Origin: Octopus bimaculoides
Taxonomy: Eukaryota
Length of the DNA stretch: 64,000 nucleotides
Direction of reading: 5' to 3'
Assembly (NCBI RefSeq): GCF_001194135.2
Contig: NC_068996.1
Span: 36,402,831 to 36,466,830, forward strand
The notes beneath the pieces are model-generated. The model was given only the letters and a program-made list of their open reading frames with translations. It searched no databases and was not told the DNA's origin. Both the position numbers and the translations under genes were made by a program. Numbering within the stretch: the stretch's first letter is position 1; every line of letters begins with the position of its first letter. Below, one piece after another: positions 13,043 through 25,544 of this stretch.

Positions 13043-13105
13043 TTTGAAATTGTATGGATAATACCGTACTAAATTCTGGTGCCTTAACTTAAGTACCATA
13101 TTTAT
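13043..13105 (-). CDS. Weak candidate 63-nt exon (INMVLKLRHQNLVRYYPYNFK)
   Basis: Donor AAA|GTAAGG and an open phase-0 frame; the acceptor lacks a pyrimidine tract (GA repeat upstream). Confidence 0.2.
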
Positions 13106-13654
13106 CTGAATCTCTCTCTCTTTCTCTCTCTCTCTCTCTTTCTCTTTNNNNNNNNNNNNNNNNNNNNNNNNNNNNNNNNNNNNNNNNNNNNNNNNNNNNN
13201 NNNNNNNNNNNNNNNNNNNNNNNNNNNNNNNNNNNNNNNNNNNNNNNNNNNNNNNNNNNNNNNNNNNNNNNNNNNNNNNNNNNNNNNNNNNNNNNNNNNN
13301 NNNNNNNNNNNNNNNNNNNNNNNNNNNNNNNNNNNNNNNNNNNNNNNNNNNNNNNNNNNNNNNNNNNNNNNNNNNNNNNNNNNNNNNNNNNNNNNNNNNN
13401 NNNNNNNNNNNNNNNNNNNNNNNNNNNNNNNNNNNNNNATATATATTTAAAATCTTAGGGAATAATAAGTATTGCAAGTTATCAGGACATTTACTCTTTT
13501 ACACTTTACTAATGCAATGTAAAAAGTATCATTTATAATATTATTACAAATTTGGGATTTTACCAATAGAACCGCAACTCCTATTTCAGGATAACCTTAT
13601 TGTATGGAATACACAATACACATAGAAAGTTATATCCACACACACACACACACA

Positions 13655-13826
13655 AGAGGATCAGTTAATTATGATTTTATTCAACATATTCCCATCTCAG
13701 ATTCACACATTTAATGCAGTGGTCCTTCAGTTTTTCTAAGCCCTGTAAAAGAACTCGGAAGGTTGGACTTACAACTAGGCCTTACATGATACCCTTGAAG
13801 CTAGGAACTTCTCAGTACACCATCGT
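13655..13826 (-). mobile_element. Mariner-derived short element
   Basis: Minus frame VLLQGLEKLKDHCIKCVNLRWEYVE*, typical of a mariner transposase C-terminus (G..KL..R..KCV...GEYVE). Confidence 0.75.
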
Positions 13827-14684
13827 ATGTTATAAGCAGCATGGTTAAAAATATATCTTTCTCTTCTATCCTCCTTCTGACCATTTAGCCAATCCCTTGG
13901 CTAAATAATAAACACACCCATTGACATGCACGCACAAACACGTACACAAACACACATGTATAATTCTTAACAGCCTTTCTTTAGACTCTTTTATATCCTG
14001 AATTTAAATACTACCAAGCTTATCCTTACCTTTTATCTCTTCGGGGTCGATAGAACAAATATCAGTCGTGTACTGGAAATGGTGCGAACTTTCGCCTCCC
14101 CTAAAAACTACTGGTCTCGTGCGAAAATTAGAAGGTATATCCCTACGTACTATTGTATTTGTGTGTATATCCTTGCACGTATATATTAAATTTCTATGTG
14201 TGTGTGTGTGCATGGATGTATGCATACATGTATGTATGTATGTATGTATGTATGTATGTATGTATGTATGTATGTATGTATGTATGCAGGCATCGGGCAA
14301 AATAATGGAAACTGCACTTTTAATTTAACAATTCTTTTTTCTATTGACAATATGACAAATAAATTTTTGTTCTAATCTGAATATATGTGGTTATATGCGT
14401 TATGTATGTGTCGTACTTCCTGATGTAGGCATCTAACTTTTATTCTTGTTTTTTATCTTTAATCTTTCGTTACTGTATTTATTTTGAGGTGCTCTGTGTT
14501 TCTTTTAACTACTTTAAATTTAACAAAGAATTTAGTAAATATCTTAGTTATCATTCAGCTAGTATTAGGAACATAAATTGTGACTAAGGTTTGGTGGAAG
14601 ATTTTAATTCAAAACTTATGAAAACAAGACATTTGTACTCAGAGTCAGAGCCGGTTCCAGCCGGGTTGGTAACGAAAGGCTTAA

Positions 14685-14773
<89 letters not shown>

Positions 14774-14775
<2 letters not shown>

Positions 14776-15625
14776 AGGTGGGCGAAAATTAAGTAGGCAT
14801 TAAAAATTGGCTATAAAATCCATATTCCTTCCTTTTATTGAAATAAATGATACATGTTCTTTACTACATGGAAAAACGAAAGAAAATCTTCATATTTTAA
14901 TGTAAGCACTGGTGGCATCAACCAGTTTCCTTAAACGGCCAAGGATGGAATGAACAACTTTCTGAAGGACGTCGTCTGGGATATCGTTGAGAACCTCCTG
15001 AATCCGTGTCTCAAAGTCCCCCAGTTTGCAAGGTTTTGTCTTGCATACCTCCTCATGGAATGAGATCTAGACTTCTAGACTTCAGCAGTGACAGTCTCAG
15101 GTTTTAGCTCCTACACGTAATGGGGTTTCCACGGACGAAAATTCAATTCTTCATGCAACACCATACGTATTGTGAGTCTTGTTAGTCCACTTTCACGAGC
15201 TACTTGACGTCTTGATTATTGCGGGCTGCGATTAACCATTTCCTGCACAGTTGCCACGTTCCCCACCGATCGGGATGTGGTTGGACGGTCATTTCCTTCT
15301 TGCATCGTTCACAGAGTTCGTTGTCATCAGCTTTGCATGACAACTTTTTATTGTCTCCGGACGTAGTGTTGCATGCTTATCTTTCCATGCACGCTACCAT
15401 CTCTGAACCGAAACAGTTGAATTCCACACTTCATAGCGTACGGCTTTCTGAGCTCGCTCCCGAACAGTCAAGTGACCGGAAAATACGAAATAAAAAATAA
15501 GACAATAAGAAAATAAGAAATCCCCATTGGTGTGGTCTGTTTAAAAAATGTTTTCGTCATGTCTTCAGTGATACTAAAAATTCTATAAGCAATTTCTAAT
15601 GCCTAGTTACTTTCCACCCATCCTG
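14774..15625 (-). mobile_element. Internally deleted Tc1/mariner transposon with both TIRs
   Basis: TIRs TA-taaggtgggcgaaaattaagtaggca and tgcctagttactttccacccatcctg-TA. Minus peptide TRIQEVLNDIPDDVLQKVVHSILGRLRKLVDATSAYIKI* resembles a Tc1/mariner C-terminus. Confidence 0.8.
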
Positions 15626-15829
15626 TATATATATATATATANNNNNNNNNNNNNNNNNNNNNNNNNNNNNNNNNNNNNNNNNNNNNNNNNNNNNNNNNNN
15701 NNNNNNNNNNNNNNNNNNNNNNNNNNNNNNNNNNNNNNNNNNNNNNNNNNNNNNNNNNNNNNNNNNNNNNNNNNNNNNNNNNNNNNNNNNNNNNNNNNNN
15801 NNNNNNNNNNNNNNNNNTATATATATTCG

Positions 15830-16560
15830 TATTTAAACCAGTTACAATGTCTGACGTATCTGATTTCCAAAGAGGACAAATTATTGGAGCGCGGAAGGTA
15901 ATCCAAAACCAGAATAAAACCAGTTCTGGCAAGCATAATCGGTCTAGACTACAAGAAGTGGTCAATGGCTTAATGGAACAAGGTAATTTTCACCTTTTTT
16001 TTTCCCCACTTCGGGGCAAGTTTATGTCTGGAAAGAACCGAAAGAAGACTTCTACTCTGACCGTTTGGTCTCTACTATAAAGCGTGGAGGTGGTTCTAAG
16101 TTGATTTAAGAATTCTCTTGGCCTTTTAATTCTTCTACTGGGCAGAATTAATACCAAAGATTATCTGAGTATTATGACCGATCATGTCCCTCCAATTGTA
16201 CAAACATTGTTCCTTGATAGTTGCACCATCTTCCAGACTTATAATGTGCCAATGAATATTAGCGCATTATAATGTTATTCTAAGTTGGTTCAAAGAGCAC
16301 AAAAGTGAAGTAGGCCACTTGAATTGGCTGCCAAAACCACCAGATTTCACTATAATCGAATATTCATAGTGCATTCCGGAGCAGCCAGAGAGGAACCGTT
16401 TAACCTATGCCATCGTCACTGAAAGAGCCAATGCGGATTTTATTTGGAGAATGACTCAAAATTCTCCAAACAACCGTTCAGAATGTGTACGCCATTGACG
16501 TATAAAAAATTGCGATTGATACCAAAGGTGGAACAGCATTATATTAAACAATAAAATTTT
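15830..16560 (+). mobile_element. Tc1-like transposase relic
   Basis: MSDVSDFQRGQIIGAR (Tc1 N-terminal DLSDFERGQIVGAR-like) and NWLPKPPDFTIIEY (decayed WPxQSPDLNxIE); frameshifted. Confidence 0.75.
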
Positions 16561-17677
16561 CACCGTTTAACAAGACGATCACATTATTTTNNNNNNNNNN
16601 NNNNNNNNNNNNNNNNNNNNNNNNNNNNNNNNNNNNNNNNNNNNNNNNNNNNNNNNNNNNNNNNNNNNNNNNNNNNNNNNNNNNNNNNNNTTTTTTTTTT
16701 TTTTTTCAGTCAGCTTTTTTTTAGATATACTTTCTTTGGCGGTATGAAAATATTTTTCATTTAGTACGATAGATGGTAGTCCTCCAAGAACACCACGCAC
16801 CAGGAACTGAAACCACGATCTCACGACCATGTGTGTGTTTTATCCAAAAAGACACTTGCCAAAGGTGCCACGGGTCGGGACTGAACCGGGAACCATGTGG
16901 TTGGGAAGCCAACTTCTTAGGCATGCAGTGGATACCTTAGATAAATCAAATGAATACTGATAACAAATGAGATTTTAATATAAAACTTTAATTTTCATAA
17001 GAGTGCCATGCTTCAATTATATAACTTGGATTGTTTTACGATCGTATGCTCTAGTTTAAATAGCAGGAGCCGCCTCATCCATGATACGTATGTATGTATG
17101 TATGTATGTATGTATGTATGTACGTATGTATGTATGCATGCATGCATGCATGCATGTATGTATGTATGTATGTATGTATGTATGTACGTATGTATGTATG
17201 TATGAATGTATGTATGTATGTATGTATGTATGTATGTATGTATGAATGTATGTATGGGTATATGCAAGTATGTCTGTATATATGTATGTATGCGCGCAAG
17301 CATGCTTCTAATGTATGTACGTATATGTGTATGTAGGTTTGTATGTAGATTTGTACGTATGAATATATGTTTGTATGTACGTCCGTATGTATGTNNNNNN
17401 NNNNNNNNNNNNNNNNNNNNNNNNNNNNNNNNNNNNNNNNNNNNNNNNNNNNNNNNNNNNNNNNNNNNNNNNNNNNNNNNNNNNNNNNNNNNNNNNNNNN
17501 NNNNNNNNNNNNNNNNNNNNNNNNNNNNNNNNNNNNNNNNNNNNNNNNNNNNNNNNNNNNNNNNNNNNNNNNNNNNNNNNNNNNNNNNNNNNNNNNNNNN
17601 NNNNNNNNNNNNNNNNNNNNNNNNNNNNNNNNNNNNNNNNNNNNNNNNNNNNNNNNNNNNNNNNNNNNNNNNNNNNN

Positions 17678-17981
17678 TTGTGAGTGTTTATTGAGCGAAA
17701 ACACCTAAAGCTCCACGAGGCTCTGGCAGGGGATGGTGGCGAACCCTGCTGTACTCTTCCACCACAACTTTCTCTCACTCTTCTTTCCTGTTTCTGTTGT
17801 GCCTGTAATTCAAAGGGTCAGCCTTGTCACTCTGTGTCACGCTGAATATCCCCGAGAACTACGTTAAGGGTACACGTGTCTGTGGAGTGCTCAGCCACTT
17901 GCGCGTTAATTTCACGAGCAGGCTGTTCCGTTGATCGGATCAACTGGAACCCTCGGCGTCGTAAGCGACGGAGTGCCAACA
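17678..17981 (+). mobile_element. Repeat sharing the family B SINE 3' tail
   Basis: cctgtaattcaaagggtcagccttgtcac...caactggaaccctc...ggagtgccaac tail, also at 49630-49810 and 60975-61155. Confidence 0.75.
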
Positions 17982-18043
17982 TGTATGAATGTATGTATGT
18001 ATGTATGTATGTTTCAATATATGCATGTATTCATGTTTGTATA

Positions 18044-18150
18044 AGATGGTGAGCTGGCAGAATTGTTACCACACCGGAAAAAATGGCTAGTAGCATTTCT
18101 TCCATTTTTTTACGTACCAAGTTCAAATATTGCCGAAGTCAACTTTACCT
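18044..18150 (+). mobile_element. SINE family C, 5' part
   Basis: aagatggtgagctggcagaattgtta head. Confidence 0.7.
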
Positions 18151-18493
18151 ACCTACCTACCTACCTACCTACCTACCTACATACATACATACATACATTA
18201 ATATTACTCCACACACACATCATCTGCATGGTTAAAATCTTGAACAAAGCTGCATAGGAATGTCTACCTTGGAGGAATATCTATTGCAACTGAATCAGCA
18301 CGTAAATGCTAAGTCAAAGGATACGAGGACACTTTTTTAACAGAAACACGTGTCGGATTGGAATTCAATGCGAATAATACTCGTCATAAATAATTTTTGA
18401 AGATGTACGATTCTCCCTTCTTTACGCTGTCTTCATTATATACATACCTACCTACCTACATACATATATGCATGTATATATCATATAATATAC

Positions 18494-18895
18494 AGGCGCA
18501 GCCGTGGCTATGTAGTAAGGAGCTAGGCGCAGGCGTGACTGTGTGGTAAGACGCTTGCTTCCCAACTACATAGTTCCGAGTTCTGTTCCACAACGTGGCG
18601 CCTTGGACAAGTGTCATCTACTATAGCCTCGGACCGACCAAAGCCTTGTGAGTGGATTTGGTAGGCAGAAACTGAAAGAAGTTCGTCGTTTATATATATA
18701 TATATACACATACATGTGTGTGCTTGACAACCGATGGTGGTGTGCTTATGTCCACGCAACTTGGCGGTTCGGCAAAGACAGACCGATAAGATAAGTACTA
18801 GGCTTACAAAGAATAAATCCTGGGGTCGATTTCTTCGACTAACACCCTTAAGGTAACCAGTCAACTGACGGAAACAAATAAAGGAATAAAAGAAT
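18494..18895 (+). mobile_element. SINE family A (head partly duplicated)
   Basis: ggcgcagccgtggctatgtagtaagg followed by ggcgcaggcgtgactgtgtggtaag, then the full body. Confidence 0.85.
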
Positions 18896-19036
18896 ATATA
18901 CATGCATACACACACACATACATGTGTGTGTGTGTGTGTATAGATATGTATATATGCCGGATTCCCCACTTTTCACGTCAACGAGATGTCTTTGTGTTGG
19001 CAACAAAGAAACAACATCCGTGGAAANNNNNNNNNN

Positions 19037-19067
<31 letters not shown>

Positions 19068-20650
19068 ACACGTATTTGCGTGGTTATTCATAAAAATACA
19101 TGTATTTATTTTAATATGTATGGCTGTGTAGATGTGTGTGTGTGTGTGTATAGATATGTATATATGCCGGATTCCCCACTTTTCACGTCAACGAGATGTC
19201 TTTGTGTTGGCAACAAAGAAACAACATCCGTGGAAATATCTTGCCGTGTTTTCTTCCTGGCCAATAAACATGTATAAATGCGATGAATAAAACTGAACAC
19301 ATGTACGTTCAACAGCTTATTTAAGTCGTGTGTGGAAGTGTGTGTGTGAGAGAGAGAGGAAGAGAGAGAAAGGGAGAAAGAGAGAGGGGGAGAGAGAGAG
19401 AGCTCTTTTAATTTGTGTCCGTATAAGAGAGAGAGAGAGAGGTGTTACTGTGTGTGAAAGAGATGTTTGTGTATGTATGACAGAGAGAAAAGAGAGAGAG
19501 AGATTAGTTTATTTGTGTAGAGGTGTTAGTTTGTATGCGTGAGAGATGTATTTGTGTGTGTGTGTGTATGTATGTGTGATAGAGAGTAAAGGAGAGAGAG
19601 AGAGAGAGAGAGAGAGATCTATTTGTTTGTGTGAGTGTACGAGAAAGAGAAAGAAAATAAAGATTTGTTAGTGTGTTTGTGTCTCTATGTATGTGTACAA
19701 GTTGTAATTGTATGTTTTTGTGTGTAACTTGGTATCTGAACTATTATGTATGTGTGTGTGTGAGTTAGAGAGAGAGAGGAGGGTCAGATAGCGAGAGAGA
19801 AACAGAGAGAGCGAGAGAGACAGAGACAAAGACGGAGATGTGTTAGTGTTGCTTTGTATGAGTACGAAGGATAGCATGTATGTCTCTTGTGTGTGTGTGT
19901 GTTACTGAGGGAGAGAAAAAGGGAAAGAAAGATGTCTGAGTGTCGCTATGTATGCGAGCAAACTGTAGTATATGCGCGCGCGTGCATACGCGTGCGTGAG
20001 AGTGTGTGCATGCGTGTGTGAGTGTGTATATATGTGTGTGTGTGGTTGTTGTTGATAGTGAACGTTAGAGAAAGGCAAGCTGGAAGAATAAAAACGGGCC
20101 TACATCTTGTAATGTGTGTGTGTGTGTGTGTGTTTGATAGGGTAGTTGCGCGCTGGATATATAGCGTGCTAGCAGAAAACAGCAAGCCGAAAACAAAGAA
20201 AGCCGTTGCCAGGTTTGATATAGCAAGGGGTGACTGTAGGAGGAAAGGAGGACGAAGGGGTAGTGGCTGGCAATGGTGAATAGTCAACGTGGTGGCGGCG
20301 GCGGCGGCTGGGTGGGGTCTGTGTAAAGGAGGTGGAGGTTGTTCGAATGAAATGGACAAGGGTTTGTGATGCATGGACTACAGACTTTTTTTACTTGTTA
20401 ACACACACTCACACACTACCACATACATACATGAGCACATTTATATATATATATATACACACATTCATGCATATCCACACACAATCACAGCTTATGCACA
20501 CACACGTCCACGCATTATGTGTTTACATGCACACGCGCATACATAAATACATGCGTAAGTGCATACATAAGTACATACACACATATGTAATTACATACAT
20601 ACACATACAAATTCATATGGATACACACGTATATATGCATATTATATATA

Positions 20651-20719
20651 TATACTTTATTTAAAAGCAGCAGAAATATAACAAAAGACTGTTACTCTGA
20701 GTTTCACGTTCCCGTTCAT
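20651..20719 (-). mobile_element. PLE terminal-repeat fragment with partial hammerhead
   Basis: Minus strand AUGA-ACGGGAACGU-GAAA-CUCAGAG-UA-ACAGUC plus ttatatttctgctgcttttaaataaag, near-identical to 62510-62575. Confidence 0.7.
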
Positions 20720-20816
20720 ATATGTGTGTGTGTGTGTGTGTGTATTATTCACCTACGCATTCATGCATTTGCGCGATACACACATTTATTTATAAACATC
20801 CATTTCTTTCTTTCTC

Positions 20817-20853
<37 letters not shown>

Positions 20854-22471
20854 GATGCATACACACACACAGACACACACACAAAGACACAAACAGCAAC
20901 ACACATATAAAAGCAATCGCACAGACAAACACACTCACACACACACGCCACAATTATATACAATAACACAGCTATACTGAACTAACTCTGGGCTCACAAC
21001 AACGTTCTTATGGTACATGCACATCTGGCCTTCCAACAACACTAACCCCTCTCTCTCTCTGTTTCTTTCTTTCTCTGTTTCTTTCTTTCTCTGTTTCTTT
21101 CTTTCNNNNNNNNNNGTTTCTTTCTTTCTCTGTTTCTTTCTTTCTCTGTTTCTTTCTTTCTCTGTATGTAACGGATACTTCTTATGAAAAAAAAGGAGGG
21201 GTGGAGAGAAGCCGTGACAGGAATGGAGGTGTTCGGTTTGGCAAGGATGTGTACTTTCTAGGGGCCACTTATTACCTGACCTCGTTCATAGGTAAAACAA
21301 AAACAAAAACAAAAACAAAAAATATCATCATGTTAATGTTTCTTTCTTCCTGCAAGAAGAAGAAGAAGAAAAAGAAAAAGAAGCAGCAGCAATGACTGAG
21401 TCGAGTCTGTGCATGTGTGTGTGTGTGTGTGTGTGTATGAGAATGTGCGTTGGAGAGTGACAGGTCGTCACCACCATCACAACAACACTACCTTGCTCAG
21501 CTGAGCCGAGGAAAGATAGTTTAATAATATAGATCAATACATACATACATACATACAAGGCATGTGTGTGTATGTATGTATGTATGTATCTATCTATCTA
21601 TCTATCTATCTAACTACTTCATATGTGTCTACGTGCGCGCGCGCATGTATATGCAAAGTGAAGAGAAGTGTGACCCTTAAAGAATCGGCTTTCATTAAAC
21701 ACACACACACACACACACACACCAAAGTATACAGATTTCTTCCTGTCAGCTATTCAGTTAAAATTTCTTTTTTTTTTCGCCAATTGCATATACCGTCACA
21801 CACAGACACACACACACACAGAGAGGAAGATTGAGAAAGTTCTAGGTGAATGCACACGATGCTAGAATGCACGCAACCAGTATTGTAAAAAGGACAGAGA
21901 AAAAATCGTTGTCAGTAAAAAAACAAAACACACACACACACACAAAACCGGTTGTATATTCCTCTTTCTTAGAGGATGGCGTGTTTTTTCTAATTCTTTC
22001 TGATAGCGATTTCATTAAATCCGTGAATAAAATCACCCAAGCCATCCTCTTTACCGATTCTAAACGATACCATAATTGGCTGTTTCTTTCGTTTATTTAT
22101 TTATTTTAATTTTAATTATGCATTCTCCAAATGTGCAAAATTCTTTAACGGCAAAAGAAAAAAAGAAAAAAAAAAGCATAAAAGAAAATGTTTTCAAAAT
22201 AAATCGTTTTTTTATTGTTTTTTGTTTAATTACTTTCTCATTTTATTTATTCTAGATTTTTTTTCTTAAATATTTTATTCGGTGTCGAATGAAGTTTATA
22301 TATTTTAATTAATTTATTTTATTTTTAGACTTTAATTTTCTATTTCCTGTCTTGTTTTTAATGCTTTTTATCGAAAAACAGAAATCTCCCCCCTCTCCTC
22401 CCCCGCCCTGCTCCCCATCTCCACACACATGCACCCCTCCCCTACAACCTTCCTCTGTACCCCTTAGTTAC

Positions 22472-22508
22472 CGTTTCCATTCCGCCACCTGGTACGAGTA
22501 TCAATTCA
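22472..22508 (-). CDS. Very weak candidate 37-nt exon (x-ELILVPGGGMET)
   Basis: ggcctag| acceptor and ACG|GTAACT donor; open phase 2 to phase 0; both sites mediocre. Confidence 0.12.
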
Positions 22509-23669
22509 CTAGGCCAAGTTATTTATTAGTTACTGATAAAGAGAATCACAAGACAGTTTTTTTGTTTATTTATNNNNNNNNNNNNNNNNNNNNNNNNNNN
22601 NNNNNNNNNNNNNNNNNNNNNNNNNNNNNNNNNNNNNNNNNNNNNNNNNNNNNNNNNNNNNNNNNNNNNNNNNNNNNNNNNNNNNNNNNNNNNNNNNNNN
22701 NNNNNNNNNNNNNNNNNNNNNNNNNNNNNNNNNNNNNNNNNNNNNNNNNNNNNNNNNNNNNNNNNNNNNNNNNNNNNNNNNNNNNNNNNNNNNNNNNNNN
22801 NNNNNNNNNNNNNNNNNNNNNNNNNNNNNNNNNNNNNNNNNNNNNNNNNNNNNNNNNNNNNNNNNNNNNNNNNNNNNNNNNNNNNNNNNNNNNNNNNNNN
22901 NNNNNNNNNNNNNNNNNNNNNNNNNNNNNNNNNNNNNNNNNNNNNNNNNNNNNNNNNNNNNNNNNNNNNNNNNNNNNNNNNNNNNNNNNNNNNNNNNNNN
23001 NNNNNNNNNNNNNNNNNNNNNNNNNNNNNNNNNNNNNNNNNNNNNNNNNNNNNNNNNNNNNNNNNNNNNNNNNNNNNNNNNNNNNNNNNNNNNNNNNNNN
23101 NNNNNNNNNNNNNNNNNNNNNNNNNNNNNNNNNNNNNNNNNNNNNNNNNNNNNNNNNNNNNNNNNNNNNNNNNNNNNNNNNNNNNNNNNNNNNNNNNNNN
23201 NNNNNNNNNNNNNNNNNNNNNNNNNNNNNNNNNNNNNNNNNNNNNNNNNNNNNNNNNNNNNNNNNNNNNNNNNNNNNNNNNNNNNNNNNNNNNNNNNNNN
23301 NNNNNNNNNNNNNNNNNNNNNNNNNNNNNNNNNNNNNNNNNNNNNNNNNNNNNNNNNNNNNNNNNNNNNNNNNNNNNNNNNNNNNNNNNNNNNNNNNNNN
23401 NNNNNNNNNNNNNNNNNNNNNNNNNNNNNNNNNNNNNNNNNNNNNNNNNNNNNNNNNNNNNNNNNNNNNNNNNNNNNNNNNNNNNNNNNNNNNNNNNNNN
23501 NNNNNNNNNNNNNNNNNNNNNNNNNNNTGCATATATATATAATGGTATAAATAATTAACGGAAAGCAAAAGATAAGTTGCTATCATGCGAATAATGTATA
23601 TATATATGTGCCTGTGTGTTTATATATCTATCTATCTATCTATAAATATATGTGTATATCTATCTATCT

Positions 23670-23705
<36 letters not shown>

Positions 23706-23754
23706 CAAGAAGGACTCATATATACACATACACACATACGCACTTGAAATGAAA

Positions 23755-23872
23755 CCAATAGTACAGCTACCATAATTACAGTTAACCAACAACATCGCCG
23801 ATAGTTTTCTGTGACCAATGGAATTTCTGGTGTGTTCTCTTGAGATTCCCTAATTAACAGCAGCGCATGCGC
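23755..23872 (+). promoter_or_regulatory. Promoter-like motif cluster: two CCAAT boxes and an NRF-1-type GCGCATGCGC palindrome
   Basis: CCAAT at 23755 and 23815, GCGCATGCGC at 23863-23872, followed by a long CT-rich leader-like tract. Confidence 0.35.
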
Positions 23873-24670
23873 AAAGTCACTTTTGGATCCCTCCCCCTTC
23901 TACTTTAATTTCTTTTTCTTTTTTTCTCCTTTCTCTATCTCTATATCAACAACCAATTTCTTTCTTTCTTTCTTTCTTTTCTTTCTTTCTTTCTTTTCCT
24001 TTCTTTTCTTTTTCAAACAGTATTTTTCATCGTTCTCTTGTCGTCGTCGACTTATCTCTCTATATCTTTTCCATGTTCTTTCTTTCTCTTTCAATCTTTT
24101 CCCTCCTCCTGCCTCACTCATTCCACTAGCTCTATACCACCCCACCACCACCAACGACAACACTATCATCACCGACACCACCGCCATCATCATCATCATC
24201 ATTGTTATTATTACTATAACTGCCACCAATCCCCCTCATCCGTCCTCCCTTCTGATGTGTCGCTCGCTTGACGCCCCTCCCTCCTTTCTCTTTCTCCCTC
24301 GCTATCTGCTATCACCCTCTCTCTACACCACCGTTGCTTCTGTTGCAGTATTTGCTCACTCCCTTCCCACTCCCTCCATCTACTCATCTCCTCCACCTCA
24401 TACGCTCCCCTCACGCCGACTACCTCCCACCCCGCATCTCACAAGCTCTCACTGATACCCTATCCCTCCCACCCTCTCTCTCTGTGTCTTTCTTTCTTTT
24501 TCACTCTCTCACACATACACACACGCACTCACTCTCTCTCTCTCACTCACTCTGTCTCTCTTTTCTCCCCTCTCCCCTCCATCCTACTTCTCTCCGTCTT
24601 TCCCCACTGTCTTTCTACCTCGCTCTCACTCTAAAAATAACCATCAGCTAACTTGTATTCCCGTACTCAC

Positions 24671-24680
24671 TTCGCTTTAA
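24671..24680 (-). other. Candidate 10-nt microexon TTAAAGCGAA
   Basis: About 60-nt pyrimidine tract ending cgtccaag| and donor GAA|GTGAGT. Confidence 0.35.
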
Positions 24681-25500
24681 CTTGGACGAAAAGAAAAGAA
24701 AAGAAAAGAAAGAAAAAGAAAAGAAAGGAAAAGAAAAAAAAGCACAATCTCCCTTTTTTTCTTTCTTCTCTCACTTTTAAATATAGAGCTCAAACCNNNN
24801 NNNNNNNNNNNNNNNNNNNNNNNNNNNNNNNNNNNNNNNNNNNNNNNNNNNNNNNNNNNNNNNNNNNNNNNNNNNNNNNNNNNNNNNNNNNNNNNNNNNN
24901 NNNNNNNNNNNNNNNNNNNNNNNNNNNNNNNNNNNNNNNNNNNNNNNNNNNNNNNNNNNNNNNNNNNNNNNNNNNNNNNNNNNNNNNNNNNNNNNNNNNN
25001 NNNNNNNNNNNNNNNNNNNNNNNNNNNNNNNNNNNNNNNNNNNNNNNNNNNNNNNNNNNNNNNNNNNNNNNNNNNNNNNNNNNNNNNNNNNNNNNNNNNN
25101 NNNNNNNNNNNNNNNNNNNNNNNNNNNNNNNNNNNNNNNNNNNNNNNNNNNNNNNNNNNNNNNNNNNNNNNNNNNNNNNNNNNNNNNNNNNNNNNNNNNN
25201 NNNNNNNNNNNNNNNNNNNNNNNNNNNNNNNNNNNNNNNNNNNNNNNNNNNNNNNNNNNNNNNNNNNNNNNNNNNNNNNNNNNNNNNNNNNNNNNNNNNN
25301 NNNNNNNNNNNNNNNNNNNNNNNNNNNNNNNNNNNNNNNNNNNNNNNNNNNNNNNNNNNNNNNNNNNNNNNNNNNNNNNNNNNNNNNNNNNNNNNNNNNN
25401 NNNNNNNNNNNNNNNNNNNNNNNNNNNNNNNNNNNNNNNNNNNNNNNNNNNNNNNNNNNNNNNNNNNNNNNNNNNNNNNNNNNNNNNNNNNNNNNNNNNN

Positions 25501-25544
<44 letters not shown>

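Noticed and set aside
18920-19235. ~100-bp direct repeat flanking a 10-N gap
   Set aside because: The first copy ends exactly at the gap, so it is most likely an assembly overlap artefact; the same applies to 21060-21163.
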